This document shows, piece after piece, positions 49,849 through 58,649 of a DNA stretch of 64,000 bases. The notes under the pieces were generated by a model. The model was not told the DNA's origin. It did not search any database and saw only the letters and a list, made by a program, of their open reading frames with translations. Both the position numbers and the translations under genes were made by a program. Location of the stretch: the IMG/VR virus record IMGVR_UViG_3300012931_000018, positions 23,946 to 87,945 of that record; one strand, given 5' to 3'. The number at the start of each line of letters is the position of its first letter. Position 1 is the first letter of the stretch. The DNA comes from a virus.

Positions 49849-50691
49849 ATGGAACATAAAATTAATGTAGAATTTAGCAGTAATAAAACTAACAATAATT
49901 CATTAAATATTGCTATAAAAATTAAAGCAGCAGATATTATTAAATCTATGTTGAAAGATTGTGATAAAGAAGTGATTGAAGATATTGAAAATATTGAACT
50001 TACGGTTTTAATAGAACAACCAGTAAACAACAGTTCAATTGAAACAAAAACTACAAAAATAACAAAGACTGAATATGTTGATGCTTTGCTTAATGATGTG
50101 TGTGATTGGAGTGGATATGGCTCGCCATATAACTTAGTAATACTACGTAGTAGTATTACTAAGTTTTTTAAATATATTAAATACTATTACTATCATAATA
50201 ACAAATTACAATTATTAAATAAAAACTTATTAAATAAAAAACAGCAGTACAACAGTACAACAAAGCAATTGCCAAATGAATTGATTGTAAGTGATGAAAG
50301 TGAATTGTTTGGAGAGAGTCCATTGAAAACTGCTAACTTGAAAAAATACATTTCAGGATTTAAGCAAAAAGAAATTTCTAAATGGAGCAGTAAGGAATTT
50401 GTTGATTATGTACAAAATAAATTTTCAAGTGTTTATGGAACTAACTTGATAAATAATTTTAATGGTAACAGTAGGAATAAAAGTGCTGGTCAAGTTTACA
50501 TAGGAATCAATATTTTGAAAAATCGTTTTAGAACACTTGAAAAATCTAACGAAGAAATTAAAAAATACATTGATTGGTTATTTGATGTTAAAGCTATCAA
50601 GTTAGATTTTCCTATCAGTATTGGTTTTATAACAAGCAATAAAGTAATAGATGAATGGATTTGGGTAACTAAAAAACAACAAAATCAATAA
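49849..50691 (+). CDS. Putative replication initiator
   Basis: Precedes loader-like, DnaB and primase genes; contains an internal palindrome and AT-rich tract; function inferred from synteny. Confidence 0.45.
   Translation: MEHKINVEFSSNKTNNNSLNIAIKIKAADIIKSMLKDCDKEVIEDIENIELTVLIEQPVNNSSIETKTTKITKTEYVDALLNDVCDWSGYGSPYNLVILRSSITKFFKYIKYYYYHNNKLQLLNKNLLNKKQQYNSTTKQLPNELIVSDESELFGESPLKTANLKKYISGFKQKEISKWSSKEFVDYVQNKFSSVYGTNLINNFNGNSRNKSAGQVYIGINILKNRFRTLEKSNEEIKKYIDWLFDVKAIKLDFPISIGFITSNKVIDEWIWVTKKQQNQ
50131..50165. promoter_or_regulatory. Perfect 16-bp inverted repeat, candidate replication origin element
   Basis: AACTTAGTAATACTAC-GTA-GTAGTATTACTAAGTT followed by ~75 bp almost devoid of G. 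Confidence 0.5.
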
Positions 50692-50699
50692 CAGTAAAA

Positions 50700-51299
50700 T
50701 TGAGGTGCAAAATGTTAACAGTAATTACTCCAGAAATTATGGAACACTTGAAGATTAAATATGGTTCAGGTAAATTAAGAACCGTAACAAACTTGTATGG
50801 TTCTAATATACCTGAAAAATATTGGTTTGAAAAATTTGATGACAAAGATTTACTTGATACAACAATTAATGACTTGAAGAAAGGAAAAGATTTTTTTATT
50901 TGCTGTAATGATTTATACAAAGCTAATTTTTTTATTGCTGATTTGTTAAAAGAATTAATTTCGAGTGGAAAGGATGTTTACCGTTTCAATTTCAGTGAAT
51001 TAATATCAAAGTATATGGATAAAGGTTTTTCATTTAATATGGAAAAATATATTTCTGATAATTTGTTGACTGATGTTATAGCTATTTCGGATATTATTCC
51101 TGGAAAATATTATCAACAATATTCACATATATTGGAAAATATAATCACTAACACTATCAATTCAAGAATGCAAAAGAATATTATAATTCATATCAAAAAA
51201 TATGATGATATGAATCAGCAATCTTATATTTCTAATTATGGCGAGTTTATGAAGGAATTATTATTTTCGGAAAGATTTGCTGCTGTTACTGAATTATAA
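50700..51299 (+). CDS. Degenerate DnaC/IstB-like helicase loader (likely start 50712)
   Basis: NIPEKY, GKDVYRFNFSELI, DVIAISDI, R...K.IIIH layout of DnaC, but no Walker A GKT. Confidence 0.55.
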   Translation: MRCKMLTVITPEIMEHLKIKYGSGKLRTVTNLYGSNIPEKYWFEKFDDKDLLDTTINDLKKGKDFFICCNDLYKANFFIADLLKELISSGKDVYRFNFSELISKYMDKGFSFNMEKYISDNLLTDVIAISDIIPGKYYQQYSHILENIITNTINSRMQKNIIIHIKKYDDMNQQSYISNYGEFMKELLFSERFAAVTEL

Positions 51300-51337
51300 T
51301 TGACAAAAATTCTAATTATTCTTGAGGTTAAAATAAA

Positions 51338-52819
51338 ATGTCTGAAAATATTCAAACATATGATATTGATAGTGAACGTATTGCCTTAAAGGCATTAATA
51401 CAAAAACCTAATTTTGCAAAGCAAGTAATTCTATACAATTTACTTTTTGATGATCATTTTGTAGATTTATTCCACAAAGATATTCTCAATGTGTTTTATA
51501 AATTTTATCGGAAATTTGGTCAATCACCTACATCTAAACAACTCAAACATTATCTTCCAAAGTATATGACATATGTGGATAAGTTCAAAACAAAACAGCA
51601 TCAAATGAAAATTTGGTTAGGTGCTGTAGAACGGCTTTATAATGATATGTCGGAAAATGAAATAAAAAATATTGATGCTTCGGTTAGTATATTGGATGAA
51701 TTGAGAAAAGCAAGAGTTATTCAAAGAGTAATAATAAAAAGTACAAAGAGTTTTGAAACAGGGAATTATGATCGTGTGATAGAAAACTTTTCCGAAGCAA
51801 TTATTGATTCTCGAAAAGTGGAGAATATGATAACTGAAGGAAATATAGTTGATGATTTAGATTATCATATTCAACTTGATAAAAGAATTAAAAGTGGTGA
51901 AGATCGCCCTATATCAACTCATATATTTGGAATATTCGAAGATCAAAAAACTAAAAAAATTAAAAAAGCAGATTTAGATTCTTTATTAACGGGTGGATTT
52001 TATCCTGGTGAAGTTGTATTGTTTGTAGGTGAAGTAAATATAGGAAAGAGTTTTACATTAATGGAAACAGCATATTGTACAAGTCGTTTCGAAAAGAAAA
52101 ATTCAATTCTTTATACCATTGAAATGAATAAGACTAAATGTCAAAGACGTATATATTCACGGGCAACTGGAATACCATATCGAAAATTTAAGATGGGTGA
52201 ATTGACTAAGGATGATAAAGAAAAACTTTATCGTTGGAAAGAAGATTGGAAAAAGAATTGTGGAATATTGGAAGTTGTTAGTTTTGATAAAGGGGCAACT
52301 GTTGGTGATATTGAAAATAAAACGAAAGATATTGAGAATAAGTATGGTGAAGAATTTGAATTAACAGCAATAGATTATTTGAATGACTTAAAACCTATGG
52401 GTAGGTTTCAAAATTCAAAAAGTTGGGATGCTATTGGTGAGATAAGTTGGGACTTGGCAAACTTTTCAAAATTTCATCACAATCATAAAGGCATATCTAC
52501 TATAACAGCGGTACAAAAGAAAACAATTATGTATGGGAAATCTGAAACTAAAGCAGGGAGCGGAGCAATGTCTGCTTTACCGGAGCATCATGCTACAGTT
52601 GCTATTGGATTAGGTCAAAACGATGAAGATAAATTCTATGGGTTAAATGGCAGAATCCGTTATGATATTTTTAAGAGTAGAGATGATAAAAAAGATATTT
52701 CGTTTTATACATTCCCTAATTTCAAGGTTAGCCGGATACATTCAGAGAAAAGTATGCGTTATCATTATCAAGATCAACTTGAAGAATTAAAAAATGAAGA
52801 ATCGCGGGGAAATGAATAA
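51338..52819 (+). CDS. dnaB: Replicative DNA helicase, DnaB family
   Basis: LTGGFYPGEV, GEVNIGKS, TIEM, AIDYL, ITAVQ, KSR. Confidence 0.9.
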   Translation: MSENIQTYDIDSERIALKALIQKPNFAKQVILYNLLFDDHFVDLFHKDILNVFYKFYRKFGQSPTSKQLKHYLPKYMTYVDKFKTKQHQMKIWLGAVERLYNDMSENEIKNIDASVSILDELRKARVIQRVIIKSTKSFETGNYDRVIENFSEAIIDSRKVENMITEGNIVDDLDYHIQLDKRIKSGEDRPISTHIFGIFEDQKTKKIKKADLDSLLTGGFYPGEVVLFVGEVNIGKSFTLMETAYCTSRFEKKNSILYTIEMNKTKCQRRIYSRATGIPYRKFKMGELTKDDKEKLYRWKEDWKKNCGILEVVSFDKGATVGDIENKTKDIENKYGEEFELTAIDYLNDLKPMGRFQNSKSWDAIGEISWDLANFSKFHHNHKGISTITAVQKKTIMYGKSETKAGSGAMSALPEHHATVAIGLGQNDEDKFYGLNGRIRYDIFKSRDDKKDISFYTFPNFKVSRIHSEKSMRYHYQDQLEELKNEESRGNE

Positions 52820-52963
52820 ATAAAAACTTTGTTTTTATTGTGTTTTCAAATACTGATATTAAAAATTTGTTAAAAAACAACTATTTGAAGGGGTATAAAG
52901 TAATGGGCAGTGTTATGAAATGGTCTTATAACACTTCTAATAGAGAAATTTAATAGGATTATT

Positions 52964-53986
52964 ATGAGAAATCTAAATGATATTGTAATAAATGAAGATA
53001 TAGATAATGATGTATTGGAAATAAAAAATAAATTACCAGATGATTTTGATGTTAAAGATTATTTATTAAAAAAAGGAATCGAGTTCAAAGAGCATGAATC
53101 AAGTTCTACTGGAACTTGGTTACAAATGTGTTGTCCATTTCCAGAACATGACGATAAACGTCCAAGTTTTAGTATTAATGTAGAATCTAAATCTTGGAAT
53201 TGTTATGTGTGTGGAAGTGGAAATTGGTTTCAACTTGCTGAAAAAATGGGATGGGAAGATTGGAAAAGTGATCAAGTTTTAATTAATACTATTAGTAATG
53301 AAGATTGGAAAAAGACTAAAAGAAATTTTTCAAAAAGATTAGAAGGTGGTTGCTATGTAGCAATAAAACCTAAAATGAAAAATATAAAACAAGATGATAA
53401 ATATTTTGAATATTTGAAGAATAGAAAAATCGAAAGTAGTATAGATATTTTTGAAATAAAAAGAGGCTCTATATGTTATGATGAAGATTATAATTATAAT
53501 TATAGAAATCGTATTTTAATTCCGGTTCATAATTTAGATGAAACTAAAATATTGTGGTATGAAGGTCGGCACATTGAAGACAAATTCAGTCCGAAATATT
53601 ATAGACCTAATGGTGTTGAAAAAACTAAAGTTATTTTTAATTATCACCGAGTGAAACAATCTGGTTCAAAGAAAGTAATAGTTGTTGAAGGGATAATAGA
53701 TGCAATTACTTTATGGATGTGGGGATATCCGGCGGTATGTATATTTGGATCATCAATAAGTCCTGATCAAATGGAATTGTTAATGTGTTTTGATGAAATT
53801 TATATTTGTTTAGATATTGATAGAGCGGGGATAAAAGGTTTTTTGAAATTCAAAGAATTATGTACAGGATGTGGTGCTTTATTAAAAAGAATAATTATTC
53901 CAAGAGGTAAGGATGCTAACAAATTAAAGAAATTGCAATTTGATGAATTTTATAATCGTTCTAAAAGTATTGATAAAAATAAATAA
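52964..53986 (+). CDS. dnaG: DNA primase (CHC2 zinc finger plus TOPRIM)
   Basis: CPFPEHDDKRPSF...WNCYVC; VVEGIIDA; CLDIDRAG; GKDAN. Confidence 0.92.
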   Translation: MRNLNDIVINEDIDNDVLEIKNKLPDDFDVKDYLLKKGIEFKEHESSSTGTWLQMCCPFPEHDDKRPSFSINVESKSWNCYVCGSGNWFQLAEKMGWEDWKSDQVLINTISNEDWKKTKRNFSKRLEGGCYVAIKPKMKNIKQDDKYFEYLKNRKIESSIDIFEIKRGSICYDEDYNYNYRNRILIPVHNLDETKILWYEGRHIEDKFSPKYYRPNGVEKTKVIFNYHRVKQSGSKKVIVVEGIIDAITLWMWGYPAVCIFGSSISPDQMELLMCFDEIYICLDIDRAGIKGFLKFKELCTGCGALLKRIIIPRGKDANKLKKLQFDEFYNRSKSIDKNK

Positions 53987-54002
53987 ATTGAGCAGTATAA
54001 TA

Positions 54003-54050
54003 TAAATCAGATATAATATCTGATTTAATGAAATTTTTTTTATTTTTTAT
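54003..54050 (+). terminator. Terminator after primase
   Basis: TAAATCAGATA / TATCTGATTTA stem and long T tracts. Confidence 0.6.
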
Positions 54051-54079
54051 TAGGAATCTTAATAATTTTTTTATAAGTT
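54051..54079 (+). promoter_or_regulatory. Possible promoter for the ncRNA
   Basis: TAGGAA-17 bp-TAAGTT in AT-rich context just upstream of the structured RNA; weak match. Confidence 0.3.
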
Positions 54080-54103
54080 AGTAGTAGAAATTATTGACAG
54101 ACT

Positions 54104-54588
54104 GGCTGATTGAATCCTAACTTAAACCGGATTGTTGCTGTTAAAGAAAGAAATAACTGAGCATTAAACTTTCTTAACAGTGTATAAACAAGACTTTAAT
54201 ATTGAGCCAAAAAAATACAGAAAAAGTCTTTTAGAAAAGTTAGGTTCTCTGATGGAGACAAAAACACTACTTTCCAAATCAAAGTAAAACTCATTCTTTT
54301 AATAGTACAAACCTTTCGAAAAAATAACCAAAAAATATCTAACCAAATTCAAAATAACAAAATGCTAACGAAGCAGTTATCTTTGAACCACTTCTTAAAA
54401 TACTGAATGAGAAACTAAGTTAATGTGATACCAATGAGGTGATTGACTTAGAAAAATTTTAAGAGTAATATCGGGATGGAGATGCCTAACTGATACTTAA
54501 AAACTTTGATGGTAGAAATGAAAAAGTGAAAGATCAAGAAACTATGATCACTTCAGGTTCTGAAATAAGAACGGATTTTTGGACAGCG
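54104..54588 (+). ncRNA. Large ornate structured RNA, ROOL-like
   Basis: ORF-free; many helices (54137-150/54169-181, 54190-197/54223-230, 54290-296/54405-411, 54415-424/54442-451), 5'/3' closing pairing, long-range AGTTAGG/CCTAACT; GAAAAGTTAG and TGAAAGAT motifs resemble ROOL as I recall it. Confidence 0.6.
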
Positions 54589-54603
54589 ATTTTTTAATTA
54601 AAA

Positions 54604-54677
54604 GGTCGAAACAAGGAAAGATAAGATTGTGATCTTATCTTTCCTTGTCTTATAATTAAGTTATAACCGATGAGACC
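54604..54677 (+). ncRNA. Type II hammerhead ribozyme, U4C core variant
   Basis: GGTC-GAAAC-[stem III hairpin]-GTC / stem I TTATAAT-TAA-GTTATAA / CCGATGA-GACC; predicted cleavage after C54649. Confidence 0.8.
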
Positions 54678-54717
54678 AAAAAACAAATTAAACAATCAAT
54701 CAAATGAGGAAAACAAA

Positions 54718-55194
54718 ATGAGACAAGCATTAAATAAATATTATTTTGATAAGAATCTTGAATTTGGTTCTGCTATCTATGATAGAAATTTAATTAATGA
54801 ATTAAAAAATGAAATTATAATATTTGAAAAGAATAAAGAAACTGCAAGAACAAAAATGCTTAATTTCATCGATGCTATTGAAAAAGGTATGAAAGTTATT
54901 AATTGTTCCATAAAATTTTTAAATGAAGTTGATACGGGAATTGATGGACTTTATAAAAATTCAGCTGGTCAAATAAATTTTAGACAATGTAGAGATGATG
55001 TTGTGATAACAGGTAATTTGAAATATTTAGGTAAGCAATTAAAACCAATTGATAATTATCATAAGGCAATAGAAAGATTAAGTAGACTTGAAAAGAAATT
55101 TAACGAAACAGCTGTTGGTGCACGTTTATCTTTGAATCCGTTTTCTATAAAGGATGATATTGAAAATATTTCATTCACTATTTATATCAAATGA
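54718..55194 (+). CDS. Hypothetical protein
   Basis: SD GAGGA before ATG 54718; the track start 54670 lies within the ribozyme core. Confidence 0.7.
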   Translation: MRQALNKYYFDKNLEFGSAIYDRNLINELKNEIIIFEKNKETARTKMLNFIDAIEKGMKVINCSIKFLNEVDTGIDGLYKNSAGQINFRQCRDDVVITGNLKYLGKQLKPIDNYHKAIERLSRLEKKFNETAVGARLSLNPFSIKDDIENISFTIYIK

Positions 55195-55203
55195 GGTGTT
55201 ACT

Positions 55204-55626
55204 GTGGGGAATGATAATAAAAATATTGATAATAATCATAAAAGAAATATCATTATTTTATCTATCCAAAGAATACAGGAACTTTGGAATATGCCGGTGA
55301 AAGATTTATGCTTTATACATGATCAGGTTTTAGGTTTACCTAAAAATTATTCATTGGCAAATCATTCTATTAATAAGTTAATATTTGATTTGATAGAATA
55401 TGAATTCGAATGTTCTTGGAAAGATATATTTCTTGTTAAATATGATATGGTTATTGAATCTAAGTATTTTGTTAAAGATAAAGTTTATCAATGTTGTTTA
55501 AGATTAGCTGATGATAATAGTGCATTAAAGAGTGGTGTTGTTGAAGATTATAATCTTTTTGAAAAAGCGTGCAAGGATTTATTTCCCGAAGCTAATTTTT
55601 CATATTTTCTTGATGAAGCTGAATAA
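55204..55626 (+). CDS. Hypothetical protein
   Basis: GAGGTG SD, GTG start. Confidence 0.65.
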   Translation: MGNDNKNIDNNHKRNIIILSIQRIQELWNMPVKDLCFIHDQVLGLPKNYSLANHSINKLIFDLIEYEFECSWKDIFLVKYDMVIESKYFVKDKVYQCCLRLADDNSALKSGVVEDYNLFEKACKDLFPEANFSYFLDEAE

Positions 55627-55729
55627 AACTATTTCTTAAATATCCTTCTAAACACCCATTTTAACAAACATAGATGTGCTTTTAAGCCCATTTAACCCCT
55701 AAATAGAGTAAAAGCTAATAACTAATTAA

Positions 55730-55996
55730 ATGAGGTATATAATTATGGCAAATAATAAGAACAAATCAAAATATTCAAACGGTGTTACTGCTACTGAATT
55801 TAAAGGCAATATGATATTAAGCTTGCCAACTAATTCTAAATATCCATTTTCATTCGGAGTATCTAAAGCTAAAATGATACTTGATCATATAAAGGATATT
55901 GAATTATTTGTTGATGAATATGGTAGTGGTGTAAAACGGTCTAATGGCAAAAGTAAAAGAGTTGATCTGGAACTTGATTCGGATGATGAAGAATAA
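55730..55996 (+). CDS. Small protein with acidic tail, possibly ssDNA-binding (PC4-like)
   Basis: EFKGNMILSL...FSFGVSKAKMIL; C-terminal DSDDEE; fold call tentative. Confidence 0.45.
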   Translation: MRYIIMANNKNKSKYSNGVTATEFKGNMILSLPTNSKYPFSFGVSKAKMILDHIKDIELFVDEYGSGVKRSNGKSKRVDLELDSDDEE

Positions 55997-56016
55997 TTAA
56001 ATTAACTAATAATTAG

Positions 56017-56697
56017 ATGAGGTGTAAAATGAAATTAGCTGAAATAATAAAATTAAAAGAATGCCCATCTTGGCTTAAAAGTAAATCAATAAAAGTTGAA
56101 AATGAAAATATTGAAATTATTGATGGCATAGTAACATGGGAAGATGGTATATGGAAAGGTGGTATATGGGAATATGGTATATGGGAATATGGTATATGGG
56201 AATATGGTACATGGAAAGGTGGTATATGGAAAGGTGGTATATGGGAATATGGTATATGGGAATATGGTACATGGAAAGGTGGTATATGGAAAGGTGGTAT
56301 ATGGGAATATGGTATATGGAAAGATGGTATATGGGAATATGGTACATGGAAAGGTGGTATATGGAAAGGTGGTACATGGAAAGGTGGTACATGGAAAGAT
56401 GGTACATGGAAAGATGGTACATGGAAAGGTGGTATATGGAAAGGTGGTACATGGAAAGATGGTACATGGAAAGATGGTTTTATTCAAATTGGCAAATGCA
56501 AATGGTTAGTTTTTTATAATTATAAAAAACAAATTGTTAAAATAGGTTGCAAAGAAAACTCAATTGCAAATTGGGTTGACTGGTTTAATTCAGATGATGA
56601 ATTTGAAACCAAAAGGAATACAAAAGAATTTTCTGAAATTTATAATAGTTTTCTGCTTGCAAAATTAGCAATTGAACTTGAATTAACAATTAGATGA
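56017..56697 (+). CDS. G-[IT]-W-x-x pentapeptide-repeat protein
   Basis: 22 tandem pentapeptides; C-terminal VKIGCKE..I..W domain. Confidence 0.8.
   Translation: MRCKMKLAEIIKLKECPSWLKSKSIKVENENIEIIDGIVTWEDGIWKGGIWEYGIWEYGIWEYGTWKGGIWKGGIWEYGIWEYGTWKGGIWKGGIWEYGIWKDGIWEYGTWKGGIWKGGTWKGGTWKDGTWKDGTWKGGIWKGGTWKDGTWKDGFIQIGKCKWLVFYNYKKQIVKIGCKENSIANWVDWFNSDDEFETKRNTKEFSEIYNSFLLAKLAIELELTIR
56146..56475 (+). repeat. 22 x 15-bp coding tandem repeat
   Basis: GGTAYATGG followed by AAAGGT, GAATAT or AAAGAT. Confidence 0.95.
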
Positions 56698-56710
56698 TGA
56701 GGAAAATAAA

Positions 56711-57091
56711 ATGTTAGAAATAAAATTCATGAATAAAGTATTTACCAATAAGTACACTGAATTAATTTATAAATTGACTGAAATAATACCAATCAATAAT
56801 AATTTTCTTATAACAGAAAAACTTCCAAAATTTCTATATAAGTATGGCAATGATGGTATTGATGGTTTAATTGGTTTTATAAAAAGTTGTGAAATTGAAA
56901 ATTTTTCTGCTGAAGTGATATGTGAAATAATATCCGGTGATTTAATGGATTATCAAGATGAGCCGTTCCCTAAAAATAATCAACCATATACTTTCAAGTA
57001 CAAAAATTTTTCAGCACTTCCACCAATAGAATTGTTAGTAAATACTTCTAATAACTATCATTTGAATTATTACAATTCTGAAAAGGATTGA
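56711..57091 (+). CDS. Hypothetical protein
   Basis: SD GAGGA; 126 aa. Confidence 0.65.
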   Translation: MLEIKFMNKVFTNKYTELIYKLTEIIPINNNFLITEKLPKFLYKYGNDGIDGLIGFIKSCEIENFSAEVICEIISGDLMDYQDEPFPKNNQPYTFKYKNFSALPPIELLVNTSNNYHLNYYNSEKD

Positions 57092-57092
57092 C

Positions 57093-57599
57093 ATGAAAAT
57101 AAATAAAGGTTTTGATGTAGAAAGAAATAAATTTGATACAGCTGTTGTAAGAAAAAGAGCTATACAAATTTATAATAAGCCATGTACAAAATGTCCTTTT
57201 GCATTGCCACCAGATAATAAAGTTGGTTTTTATGCATGCTGTAATCCGTATTTAATCTATAAATCAATAGTTAAGAATTATGGAAAAATAATAAACTGTT
57301 CAGATGAAAGCGATTATAGTAAATGTGAGTTTGCTAATAAAACTGAAAGTAAATTATTGAATGATTTTATACGGATAAAAAAATTGATAAAAGCTAAAAA
57401 GATGAAAGGAATTTATTTGCATATTGATAGTGATGAAGTTGATAAACTTATTGATCATCTTAGAGTTCATAATAAAGTGTATTTGGAAGCATTGATGGTT
57501 TATTTTGGTTATATATATATAAATGATGATAAAGTTGATGGTTTATTATTCACTAATAATTATGAATATATAAAGGAAAATTTTTTTATCATGAGGTGA
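57093..57599 (+). CDS. Cys-rich hypothetical protein (possible Zn binding)
   Basis: CTKCPF, CC, C..., C. Confidence 0.6.
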   Translation: MKINKGFDVERNKFDTAVVRKRAIQIYNKPCTKCPFALPPDNKVGFYACCNPYLIYKSIVKNYGKIINCSDESDYSKCEFANKTESKLLNDFIRIKKLIKAKKMKGIYLHIDSDEVDKLIDHLRVHNKVYLEALMVYFGYIYINDDKVDGLLFTNNYEYIKENFFIMR

Positions 57600-57603
57600 T
57601 AAG

Positions 57604-57795
57604 ATGAAAATTAAACAAGGGTTAAAAATTAGATATAATTACCCGAAACCTTTTGATAGTAATCATGCATATGATGATGGTATTATTACAAATTTATCAG
57701 AGAATACAATTAGAATAAAATTAACATCAATAGATGGTATTTTATTAATTCCAAGAACAAAACAAAACATTAAACAAATGAAGGTGCTAAAATGA
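57604..57795 (+). CDS. Small hypothetical protein
   Basis: GAGGTGA SD; coupled to next gene. Confidence 0.6.
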   Translation: MKIKQGLKIRYNYPKPFDSNHAYDDGIITNLSENTIRIKLTSIDGILLIPRTKQNIKQMKVLK

Positions 57796-58379
57796 AAAAT
57801 AGTAACATTCCATTCTTTCAAACTAAAGACTCTTATGAGCACAATAATCAATTAAATCGGAAAAAGCTAAAAACATTTCATCCAAATAGAAATAATCATA
57901 GTTCAAATTTTACAACTATGCCATTGAATCAAAAAAAACAGAAACCAAAACTTGTTGTTAAGATAATTTGGGGAACGGATAAAGTCGGGTCAAGATTTGT
58001 TTTCTTGAAAATAAAAAATGTAATCACTTGTGAATATTACGATAAATTTTTTATTTTACTTTATCAAAGTGATAGAATTGATAAAGCAGGGGTTGAAAAA
58101 AGAATTGAAGGCATTATCAATTATTTTAAAGATCATTTCCAAATTTCTAATGTTCCGGTCAGTGTTCCTATTAATAAGAATGATGAAAAATCTTCAAATA
58201 AAAACTTCTTTTTTATTAAAGGGAAAACATTTGATGATTATATTAATGTTAGAAGTTTTTATTTTGATTCTATAAAAGACTATATTGTTCAAAACGGAAT
58301 AAAAAATATTGATCAGAACATATTTTATGGTGATGATAACTATATGATGCGTTCTGGAATACTTAATTATATGAAATGA
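57792..58379 (+). CDS. Hypothetical protein
   Basis: ATGA overlap; 195 aa. Confidence 0.65.
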   Translation: MKNSNIPFFQTKDSYEHNNQLNRKKLKTFHPNRNNHSSNFTTMPLNQKKQKPKLVVKIIWGTDKVGSRFVFLKIKNVITCEYYDKFFILLYQSDRIDKAGVEKRIEGIINYFKDHFQISNVPVSVPINKNDEKSSNKNFFFIKGKTFDDYINVRSFYFDSIKDYIVQNGIKNIDQNIFYGDDNYMMRSGILNYMK

Positions 58380-58388
58380 GGCAATTAA

Positions 58389-58646
58389 ATGAAAACTAAA
58401 AAGATTAAAGCAGCATTATCAGTTTTGAATTTAGGATTGAAAACAAATTGTTATATTTTATCTGAAAACATTTCTAAAAAAAATAAAAAACAAAAATACA
58501 GTTTAGTATATTATGCTGAATTTATTAAAGACAATAAAGTCATTTCACAAGTTGTTAAAAAATTTCCATTAAGTAGAGGTGAAGAAATGTTATCTAAACA
58601 ATTAGACATATTGGAGAATAGGAATCATATTGAATCCAGAGGTTGA
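58389..58646 (+). CDS. Hypothetical basic protein
   Basis: GAGG SD. Confidence 0.6.
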   Translation: MKTKKIKAALSVLNLGLKTNCYILSENISKKNKKQKYSLVYYAEFIKDNKVISQVVKKFPLSRGEEMLSKQLDILENRNHIESRG

Positions 58647-58649
58647 TAA

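Noticed and set aside
52820-52960. Possible small gene between dnaB and primase
   Set aside because: The ATG at 52812 hits a stop after 3 codons; no clean frame with an SD; at most a decayed remnant
54611-54648. Strong hairpin read as an ordinary terminator
   Set aside because: It lacks a proper U-tract and is flanked exactly by hammerhead core nucleotides; better explained as stem III
54670-54717. Track start codon for ORF 54670..55194
   Set aside because: The ATG is part of the ribozyme core and has no SD; 54718 is the better start
56146-56475. Possible CRISPR array or DGR template/variable repeat
   Set aside because: No unique spacers, no cas or reverse transcriptase gene, and the variation is not adenine-specific
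56086-56519. Four alternative-frame ORFs over the 15-bp repeat
   Set aside because: Stop-free only because of the repeat; no independent initiation signals
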